Shown here one piece after another: positions 9,701 to 16,786 of a stretch of DNA of 19,031 nt. Position 1 is the first letter of the stretch. Every line of letters begins with the position of its first letter. Source of the stretch: Promethearchaeota archaeon (GTDB taxonomy: Archaea; Asgardarchaeota; Hermodarchaeia; Hermodarchaeales; Hermodarchaeaceae); NCBI GenBank assembly GCA_048939625.1, contig JBHLPH010000031.1:1-19031 (forward strand), in the 5' to 3' direction. A model generated the notes under the pieces. The model did not search any database, had not been told where the DNA came from, and saw only the letters and a list, made by a program, of their open reading frames with translations. Made by a program: the position numbers and the translations under genes.

Positions 9701-9823
9701 GCCTTCAGGTTTTTACATGCCGTTGTTTGAAGCAAACATCACGAATTTCATCAATTCAGTGATGATTTTAAACTAAACTAATCTATTTCCGATATCACTT
9801 GCCAAAATGGCCTGTTTGCAGGG

Positions 9824-10519
9824 TCAGAGATCCACCTTGGCGATGACTTTTCCAAGATTGGTGGTTAAATCAACTCGGAACCAAGTCCCTGCAACAATGT
9901 TTTCGAATTCAAATAAATCTGCTAAGGGCTCATCTTCTGTATTACCTAATTCGAGTTTACCATCGCCTGCCATTCCTTCATGGATAACGAAATCAAGTTT
10001 AGCAACAGTGATGTGTTGGACGTCATAGGTTTTTCCATCAACCGCTGGTATAACTTTGAGATTGATAGTATCACCAGTATCAATCCATTCCCCGGGACCT
10101 TCGAGTTTGACATCGAAGTTCATTATTGGTTCTTTATCACTGATCACTTTAGCTTTGATTCGGTTCTCTTTGCGTTGGAATTTGAACTTTGCAGGCTTGG
10201 ATGGAAAGCCCCAAATTTCTCGATGGGCCACCATTGACGGAATGCAATCTGTGTGCATTGTGATGCAATATACCCCAAAATATTCCTTATACAGACATTG
10301 AACTACAATAGCACTTTCCCAAAAATCTCCAAACATGGAATTGCGAAAACGCGAAAGATACGCACCACCTAATAATCCAGGTTGGAGTGGTTTGGGCAAC
10401 ACTCGCTCATAGCAGGCTTTGGTTGGTGTAAAGATGATTTGAATCATTTCTGAATCGGTATAGACAAGTGGACCCTGAAACCAGGGCTTATAGATGGGCA
10501 TTGATAGTTGCTTTGTCAA
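9824..10519 (-). CDS. Acetoacetate decarboxylase (ADC)-like family protein
   Basis: MP...P...GP..Y start, ..LP.PL.P, FG.F.E..I.V, REIWGFPxK, INLKVIP.VDG motifs; typical length. Confidence 0.85.
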   Translation of the reverse strand: MTKQLSMPIYKPWFQGPLVYTDSEMIQIIFTPTKACYERVLPKPLQPGLLGGAYLSRFRNSMFGDFWESAIVVQCLYKEYFGVYCITMHTDCIPSMVAHREIWGFPSKPAKFKFQRKENRIKAKVISDKEPIMNFDVKLEGPGEWIDTGDTINLKVIPAVDGKTYDVQHITVAKLDFVIHEGMAGDGKLELGNTEDEPLADLFEFENIVAGTWFRVDLTTNLGKVIAKVDL

Positions 10520-10669
10520 TTTCTAATCCACATCCAAGAGGAGCTTATTTACCAAGAAGTGCTCCATCTATGCGTGTTTTGCCTTTTAACTATACGTTCC
10601 ATTCCATCTTGAAAAACTGAAAGGTCTGAAGTCTTTTAAGATTAGAGGAGCCAGATATCGCTGATAACC

Positions 10670-10876
10670 TTGCGGAAAGTCGATATTCTTTGTCCACTTC
10701 TCTTAATGCTAATTGCGCTTATCGTCATCTGGATACTTGTTATGATGAATCCAGTCATTTTTCCTTTTGCTATTGGATTTCTGATCCTGCTCTTCGTTTT
10801 TATTATCGCCTCATTTTTTTCGGGTCGATATACTCATGAGGATGTCTCTTCAGAGGCGTACAAGCTCAAACGATGA
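10670..10876 (+). CDS. Small 2-TM hypothetical membrane protein
   Basis: 68-aa ORF with two hydrophobic segments filling an otherwise empty gap. Confidence 0.6.
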   Translation: MRKVDILCPLLLMLIALIVIWILVMMNPVIFPFAIGFLILLFVFIIASFFSGRYTHEDVSSEAYKLKR

Positions 10877-10893
10877 TCTAAGCCCTCGACCAG

Positions 10894-11292
10894 CTACGGG
10901 AATAAGAGGAGGAACAGGAAATTCAATATGAAATCAGTGATGAAAATCAAGATAAATGCGATAATTACAATCGTGAGTCCTCGAAAGAACATAGTATCAA
11001 AGAAGTGTTGAACTAAGACCATCCAGACAATGAAGGTTGCCAACAGACTCACGACATTCCAGGTTAATACTACAATCTCATTCAGTCCAGGCACTAAAGC
11101 GAAACTAATTGTTAAATCAATCGCGAATTTTAGTAATAATCCGAGTAGTGCTACGAATATGGCGTCGGTGAATTTAGCATTTACTCCAGAAAGCAGTCTG
11201 CCTGCAGCGAAGAAGGCAACAGTTGCGACTATGAAGCTGACTATAAAAGTGATTACGGCGTTTAACTGGTCAGGTGTAAGAAACATACTCAA
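10894..11292 (-). CDS. 4-TM membrane protein, possibly Yip1-like
   Basis: AAGGAG SD + TTG. Pattern FFAAGRLLSG..AKF..A.FV...IVW.VLV..FFD..FFRGL.I.II resembles the C-terminal TM region of Yip1-domain proteins (by eye). Confidence 0.6.
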   Translation of the reverse strand: MSMFLTPDQLNAVITFIVSFIVATVAFFAAGRLLSGVNAKFTDAIFVALLGLLLKFAIDLTISFALVPGLNEIVVLTWNVVSLLATFIVWMVLVQHFFDTMFFRGLTIVIIAFILIFITDFILNFLFLLLFP

Positions 11293-11449
11293 TTAAACTC
11301 CTTAATTAGTAGCGCTAAGTTACACGTTAGCTTCCCTAAATAACTTCGCACTCACGAGATCTACTTTATATGGAGAGGGCTAGAAGCTAGGCTTATATCA
11401 AAGAAGTAAGCAAAACTATCGCTATCACCTCCAACTGGAGAAAGTTAAA

Positions 11450-11863
11450 ATGAGTGGTAGAACGAAGGTCAGGGAACGTCTCGAAACCGCATCCATTGCC
11501 CAAATCACCGGTATTGTCCTCGTCTGGTACTGTTTATCGATAATTGGATCACGATTAATCACCGTCGTCGTTGCCCCAGGCATTGGAATTGAAACTGGAA
11601 TTTATCACTATCACCACATCCTATGGGGACTGATTCTAATGACCGTAGGCGGCTTCATTGGACTGTACTGGGAAAGCCGTCGCGCCAAGGTGTTTGGGGC
11701 ATTCTTCCTCGGTTTGGGGCTTGGACTTGCGGTTGATGAGGTTGGATTAATCCTCGTCACTGCAGATTCCGGATACTGGGACCCTATTACATATCCTATT
11801 ATGATTATTGTAGCCCAACTTCTCTTTATCGCCTGGATGGCGGCCCGTCAACAAGGTCGTTAG
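11450..11863 (+). CDS. 4-TM membrane protein with HxHH...W-G and GLAVDE motifs (conserved hypothetical, possibly metal-binding)
   Basis: GGAG SD + ATG; YHYHHILWG and LGLAVDEVG are polar motifs embedded in hydrophobic helices. Confidence 0.75.
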   Translation: MSGRTKVRERLETASIAQITGIVLVWYCLSIIGSRLITVVVAPGIGIETGIYHYHHILWGLILMTVGGFIGLYWESRRAKVFGAFFLGLGLGLAVDEVGLILVTADSGYWDPITYPIMIIVAQLLFIAWMAARQQGR

Positions 11864-12011
11864 GCCCATTCACATTCAGAAGGGTATCCGTAGCCATCTT
11901 GAAAGTGTACATTCGCCATTGGATTCGTGGATTATTTAAAGTATTTCACAACACAGCATTATGGAGAATTACTAAAACCGCAGGGGGGTTTGAATTTCGG
12001 AAGTGATTTGG

Positions 12012-13091
12012 TTACTGTTCTTCTTGAAGACTTTCCAAGCTCTCCAATACTACATCGCGTTGACCCTGACGAATCAGACTCCGAAGGAAGGTCCCTAGCA
12101 CACCCACTTCACTTACTCCCAACCGTTGCATTGCATGCACTGAACGCCTCTCAAAGTCTTCAGCAGAAATACTGTGTGGGTCAGTACCAATGAATTCAAC
12201 TAAACTCGACTCTGCTTTGGGTGTCACCACAACATCCTCGGGAGTTGGTTCAGGCTGGACGGGGGGAGAAACAACAACAGGTTCCGGTTCACCAACCGGT
12301 GGGGGTTCAACGGGAACAACAGGTTCCGGTTCATCTGCAGGACTTGAAGGTGTTTCAATCACAGGCTCTGTGTCCTCGCCAATTAAAGGAATGGGCTCAG
12401 GTTCTTCCTCAGGTTCGAATAAATCAGCTGTGGGTTCATCAACTGCTGTTAAAACTTTTTCTTCAGTCGGTGTTTGTGCTGGTTCTTCAGGTGGTGGAGG
12501 TACAACATCGGGTTCGGGTGCCACAGGAGCTGCGGGCTTCTCTGCTTCTTTAACTATCCCATACTCGGGTTTGGTTTGCATAATTGTAATTGCGACCTGG
12601 CGAAATGCATCTCCTACGTTCTCATCCATCTTCGCACTAGTCTCGATATATTGTAACCCAGCTTGGGCTGCAAAGGCTTCTGCTTCTTGACGCGACACAA
12701 CTCGTTGATCAAGAAGATCTGTTTTATTACCAATCAAAATCCCAGGAATATTCCCTGAATTCTTCCGCGCCTCCTCAATCCAACCCGCTAAATGATCAAA
12801 CGAAGCCCTATCTGTCACGCTAAACACGTAGATGACACCCGTAGATCCTTGATAAAATAGTGGACGTACGCCACCAAAATGGGGTTGTCCAGCTAGGTCC
12901 CAAATCTGCAATTTGACGACAACTTTCTCTAAGTCTACTGTTTTTACCGCGAAGGATGTGCCGATTGTCATCTTATAGGTGTCAGTGAAGGTGCCTTGGG
13001 TGTATCGGACAATAAGGCTTGTTTTTCCGACAGCTCCGTCTCCAGCGACGGGGACTTTGAAAATGAAACTGGGTTTAGTTGGCATACTCAT
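12012..13091 (-). CDS. Rab-like small GTPase (Ras superfamily) with Pro/Glu-rich linker and C-terminal helical domain
   Basis: G1 GDGAVGKTS, G2 YKMTIG, G3 WDLAGQ, G4 NKTD, G5 ETSAK; RabF-like motifs IGTSF, KLQIW, HFGGVR, FYQGS, YVFSVT. GAGGAG SD. No C-terminal Cys prenylation motif. Confidence 0.93.
   Translation of the reverse strand: MSMPTKPSFIFKVPVAGDGAVGKTSLIVRYTQGTFTDTYKMTIGTSFAVKTVDLEKVVVKLQIWDLAGQPHFGGVRPLFYQGSTGVIYVFSVTDRASFDHLAGWIEEARKNSGNIPGILIGNKTDLLDQRVVSRQEAEAFAAQAGLQYIETSAKMDENVGDAFRQVAITIMQTKPEYGIVKEAEKPAAPVAPEPDVVPPPPEEPAQTPTEEKVLTAVDEPTADLFEPEEEPEPIPLIGEDTEPVIETPSSPADEPEPVVPVEPPPVGEPEPVVVSPPVQPEPTPEDVVVTPKAESSLVEFIGTDPHSISAEDFERRSVHAMQRLGVSEVGVLGTFLRSLIRQGQRDVVLESLESLQEEQ
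12273..12333. repeat. 19-nt exact direct repeat at 42-nt period in the GTPase linker
   Basis: AACAACAGGTTCCGGTTCA at 12273-12291 and 12315-12333, encoding EPEPVV twice. Confidence 0.85.
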
Positions 13092-13217
13092 AGGCAGTTT
13101 CTCCTCGTATGAGGTCAGTAGTACCGTAAGTATTTATTTTCTGTGTTGGCTTTTAACTCGATTGGTGGTTCTTGCGTTTTACTTCCTTCAAATGAAGGTC
13201 ACGTAAGCTCAACGTAT

Positions 13218-13907
13218 TCACTGGTTTTCTTCGTCATCAGTATAGTATGGATGGTTTTCGGGTGTCAAAACCACAATTATGGGCTGTGCGTTGGATTCCT
13301 TATTTTTTGATTCTGTCTTGGGTCGTCGTCGATAATATCCACAGCAACTCACACGACAGATGCAAGGAATGATTACAAATATGATTATACTAAGAATGAT
13401 AATATACCCAAGAAGGTTGATGATTCCACTGTATGGGTTGGTAGGAGTGGGCGTTGTGGGTTCAAGTCTTTGATAGTGGATGATGTGGAGAGAGAAATAG
13501 AGAGTTACGGGTCCTGTGTTATTCAAGACACAGTACCATTGACTTTGGTGGGAAAGGTCCACAGTAGTATGGAGGCTATAGTTCACGGATTGATCGAGAT
13601 GACAACCAGAAGATGAACCAGTTTGAAGCCATTGAAGGTATTGAAGTTCATCACAGATGAGAAATGTCGTGGGGTGGAAAACGAACCCACTGATTGTGAA
13701 ATTGATACCCCACCGATCATTGGGTCCCCTTGTCGCATTGAAGGTCCATTTAGTATATCCAGGAAGGGGTTCGAAGTAGGTTTGGTATTCATCATTGATG
13801 CGAACCCATTGCTCATCTGTAGCGGAAAGCGGATGAATGAGTACGGATATAATCGCCATGAGGAGAAAGATACTAATTCGCAGAGATGATACCTTCATGA
13901 GGTTCAC
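13218..13907 (-). CDS. Type I membrane protein: signal peptide, beta-rich (possibly GOLD/emp24-like) ectodomain, PT linker, TM, Cys-rich juxtamembrane tail
   Basis: Signal peptide; about 115-aa beta-rich domain (INFTISG...FLICDE.QY..W...WYCVLNN); PTTPTPT; TM; CICRVSCCGYYRRR; acidic end. The GOLD call is tentative. Confidence 0.7.
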   Translation of the reverse strand: MNLMKVSSLRISIFLLMAIISVLIHPLSATDEQWVRINDEYQTYFEPLPGYTKWTFNATRGPNDRWGINFTISGFVFHPTTFLICDELQYLQWLQTGSSSGCHLDQSVNYSLHTTVDLSHQSQWYCVLNNTGPVTLYFSLHIIHYQRLEPTTPTPTNPYSGIINLLGYIIILSIIIFVIIPCICRVSCCGYYRRRPKTESKNKESNAQPIIVVLTPENHPYYTDDEENQ

Positions 13908-14028
13908 TTCTGCAGTGAGCGCGGAATTTGGTTTGCTTTTAACTGTTACGGTATCAGGAGTGGTTCCCCTGGCTCCCCCACTTCTCTCTCAGGACTAGAG
14001 TGATGTAATGAGTTTCTTAGATTATAGG

Positions 14029-14136
14029 CTAGTTGTCGACATCGATGACTGTGTCGTCATCAGGCAGATAGATTATGCGCCATTTGCGCGGATTAAGATA
14101 CGGTCGTTGGGGGTCTAATGGAGGCTCACGTGTCAT
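14029..14136 (-). CDS. Unannotated 35-aa small protein MTREPPLDPQRPYLNPRKWRIIYLPDDDTVIDVDN
   Basis: ATG (14136) to TAG (14029); SD-like GAGTGA 6 nt upstream; minus-strand TTTATAAT box at 14219-14212; sits in the largest gap (about 360 nt); shorter than any ORF in the supplied track. Confidence 0.5.
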   Translation of the reverse strand: MTREPPLDPQRPYLNPRKWRIIYLPDDDTVIDVDN

Positions 14137-14269
14137 GATTAGTCACTCAGGTTATCATTCACAACGCCATCCTAAATAGGGTGAGAGAGTGGAGGCTAAC
14201 TAAAGCGAGAGATTATAAACTTCCGGCATTAAAGAACACCCATCTGCATTGGATAGGAAGTAACTAAAG

Positions 14270-15358
14270 ATGACCGTCAAGATCGCGCGTCAAATCATCC
14301 GTGACGCATTACGTGTACGAGATCAAGAACATGTATGGATACACACCTGGAACCACTCCCTTGAATTAGCAGAAGAGGTGGCTCAACAAGCACAACTGCA
14401 TGGGGGAATAGTAACAATGAGTCTGATGACTGAATCGCTTCTCGCCCATAGTCTTAAGAAAGCCCCTCAAGAAGCTGTTATCACCCCACCCACGCATTGG
14501 CTCGCGGGAATCGCAAAATCTGATAGCCTAATCATTTTGGACGGTCCTAACGACCCAAGTATTTTCAAATCTGTCGATAAAGGAAAAGCCCTCAATATCA
14601 CCAACCAAATCAATCAAGTTTTAAGCACAGCCTTTTCCAATCGGGTTCGAACACTATTTGTCCGAACCACAAGTTTTACAGAACAAGCAATGAAAATCTA
14701 CAATTTAGATTATGGAAAAATCATGCAAGAAAGCAATCGATGTGCAGTAGCCAACCAATCTGCAATTCTTGAGTTGGGACACCGAATCGAATCGCTACTC
14801 AGAAAACATCGTGATATTCACTTAAGTTCCAGTGAAGGAACTGATCTACGGTTCCGAACTCAAGGAACCTCCATAATCGATGATGGCATCATAGATCAAG
14901 AAGACGTGAAAGGCAAAAACTTCCTCGCTCAATATCCTGCGGGGACTATCTCAATTCCAATCGACGCAAATAGTGCGGAAGGTTCGGTTGTGTTCAATTG
15001 GCCAAGATCATATCTTGGTGATGTAGTTCAAAATTTAAGATTGAATTTCAAGAAAGGGCAGGTCGTTAGTTTCCGTTCTTTGAAGGGAGAAAACACCATG
15101 GAACACGCCTTACGTGCTGGAACAGGTTTGAAAGATCATCTGACGCGACTTTCTTTCGGAATTAATCCGAATGCTTCTATACCTTTTGGACTCGCTATGG
15201 ATGAATTAATTCCAGGCTCCATCACCCTTGGATTAGGTGACAATCGGTTCATTGGTGGTCGGCACCAAAGTAATCTTGCATACTCACATACTCTTAACGA
15301 TGCAATTGTCAGTATTGGCCCTACTGCCGTAATTATGGATGGCAAAATCACTCTCTGA
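14270..15358 (+). CDS. Peptidase M29 (aminopeptidase T/II) family homologue, probably catalytically inactive
   Basis: A..I....L.V...E.V.I start, GTDL.F, DG, P.G, A.G.VVF, L.F.KG.V, FGINP, DE...G.I..GLG.N...GG...S. Most metal ligands substituted. Confidence 0.85.
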   Translation: MTVKIARQIIRDALRVRDQEHVWIHTWNHSLELAEEVAQQAQLHGGIVTMSLMTESLLAHSLKKAPQEAVITPPTHWLAGIAKSDSLIILDGPNDPSIFKSVDKGKALNITNQINQVLSTAFSNRVRTLFVRTTSFTEQAMKIYNLDYGKIMQESNRCAVANQSAILELGHRIESLLRKHRDIHLSSSEGTDLRFRTQGTSIIDDGIIDQEDVKGKNFLAQYPAGTISIPIDANSAEGSVVFNWPRSYLGDVVQNLRLNFKKGQVVSFRSLKGENTMEHALRAGTGLKDHLTRLSFGINPNASIPFGLAMDELIPGSITLGLGDNRFIGGRHQSNLAYSHTLNDAIVSIGPTAVIMDGKITL

Positions 15359-15376
15359 TTCAATTGAAATTTCTTT

Positions 15377-15727
15377 TCATGTCGTTTCTTCAATAAGAAT
15401 CAAGACAGCACCAATCGCAATCAGCAGACCAGGAATCCCCCATGCTCCGATTGCAATTACAATCCCTAAGAGGATGAGGAAGACAGCAGACCGGGCAGAA
15501 TCTTCCTGGATGCGTTGCGGGAATCGGGTGAGGATATAATAGGAGATGAGTATCGTAGCTATGCTGGCCGAGACCAAAAGTATATCAAAGATATTTACAG
15601 CAAAGATGGGTGGTCCCAACCCAAGGATGATGATGTAAATCCAAAAAAGAAAGGAGACAAGACCTAGAACAAGTCCTAAAATTGCTCCGAATTTAATGAG
15701 ATGGTTGGCTGCCTCAATAAGTTCCAT
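15377..15727 (-). CDS. Small 4-TM membrane protein (paralogue of 15849-16208)
   Basis: Hydrophobic; GAI....., A..LI.LGI and GLLI.....L..L motifs shared with neighbour; AAGGGG SD-like site before ATG. Confidence 0.75.
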   Translation of the reverse strand: MELIEAANHLIKFGAILGLVLGLVSFLFWIYIIILGLGPPIFAVNIFDILLVSASIATILISYYILTRFPQRIQEDSARSAVFLILLGIVIAIGAWGIPGLLIAIGAVLILIEETT

Positions 15728-15785
15728 GAGATGCTTCCCCTTTAAGGAATGCGTGTATTCATTTCATAAAGTGTGTGGTATTGTC

Positions 15786-15831
15786 AAAGAAAAATAGATG
15801 AGGAATCTAGCTTATTCAAAGCTAGTTCCTC
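15786..15831 (-). terminator. Hairpin plus U-tract terminator candidate for the 15849-16208 gene
   Basis: GAGGAA(t)CTAGCTT-attca-AAGCTAG-TTCCTC (15800-15831; 13 bp with one bulge), followed on the minus strand by ATCTATTTTTCTTT. Confidence 0.6.
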
Positions 15832-15848
15832 GAGTTTTTCCCACTGGA

Positions 15849-16208
15849 TTAAGCCTTCACATTTTCTTTGTCCAGAAATACCAAGATTCCTGCAATAAAA
15901 ATGAGAAGACCGCCAAAAGCCACCCATGAAAGGATACCTAAGATAATCAGTGGAATTGCTGTAGCAGCGTAATTTGTCTCAAGCATTGGGACATACTTTC
16001 GCCACACAAGGAAAGCACAGATCAAGGCAATGACATCGAGAACGATGTTAACCAGCCACCCTCCAATACTCACTAGCCAAAATGGACCTAACCAAGGTAA
16101 GAAGAGTGCCATGTTAATACCATAGTAGACAATAGATAGCAATGAAATAATGATGGCGATGATAGCGCCCCAAAAGCTTAACAGTCTGACATAATTTTCA
16201 TAAGCCAA
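15849..16208 (-). CDS. Small 4-TM membrane protein (paralogue of 15377-15727)
   Basis: TTG at 16208, 9 nt after AGGAGGT, preferred over GTG 16238; aligns with the neighbour's N-terminus. Confidence 0.75.
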   Translation of the reverse strand: MAYENYVRLLSFWGAIIAIIISLLSIVYYGINMALFLPWLGPFWLVSIGGWLVNIVLDVIALICAFLVWRKYVPMLETNYAATAIPLIILGILSWVAFGGLLIFIAGILVFLDKENVKA

Positions 16209-16392
16209 AGTTTGTTTACCTCCTATACTGAGGTTCACATTTCATGTATTGATTCTTTAGAAAAGGCTTTCGTGTGTAGGAAAAAAGCGACTCTTGACGA
16301 TGCTGGGATGCAAAATGGTGAGAAATCCGCTACCCAAATAAATTTAATAACATACCGTGCGGTTGGAATACGATTCCCTGGTGAACTATTGC

Positions 16393-16779
16393 ATGTCTTC
16401 CATATCCCATTATTATCGCCCACCTCGACGAGTTCCCAGCCGCGATTCCGAAGAAGAACCATCGACTCAACGCTCCCGAACCCGAGATATTATTATCCTT
16501 TTCATAGGATTAGTCATAGTTTGCCTAGTGTTGTTTGGCCTCAGTATTGTTTTGAGAAATCTGGGATTTCATAGTATGGCACTTGGACTCTCATTGTTTG
16601 CTACAATTCTGGTCTGGGTAACTGTCGGAGTTGGAGTTGCAGTTGCAATAACCTTCTATGTGATGCAATCATTCTTGAAACGTGAATTCAAAAAACGGTT
16701 CGATCGAATGGATCGAGAAAGGAATATCCAGTATCGTCGAATGATGGGACTTGATGAATCAGAGGAAAAGGATCAGTAA
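16393..16779 (+). CDS. 2-TM hairpin membrane protein with charged helical C-terminus, hypothetical
   Basis: ATG 16393 after GGTGA SD (ORF track starts at GTG 16357); two TM helices flanked by charged segments. Confidence 0.72.
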   Translation: MSSISHYYRPPRRVPSRDSEEEPSTQRSRTRDIIILFIGLVIVCLVLFGLSIVLRNLGFHSMALGLSLFATILVWVTVGVGVAVAITFYVMQSFLKREFKKRFDRMDRERNIQYRRMMGLDESEEKDQ

Positions 16780-16786
16780 CATTACA

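Noticed and set aside
9628-9823. Cobalamin riboswitch or NrdR box upstream of nrdJ
   Set aside because: AT-rich; no B12-box or other riboswitch core motifs and no NrdR consensus recognised.
12190-12690. 166-aa Gly/Ser/Thr-rich + strand ORF
   Set aside because: Antisense shadow of the Pro/Glu-rich GTPase linker; its composition is explained by complementary codons.
13908-14269. RNase P RNA, SRP RNA, tRNA, C/D-box sRNA or SECIS in the large gap
   Set aside because: No RNase P GAGGAAAGUC-type core, SRP helix 8 motif or cloverleaf; no properly ordered C/D box pair; no evident in-frame UGA selenoprotein candidate nearby. A covariance-model search is still advisable.
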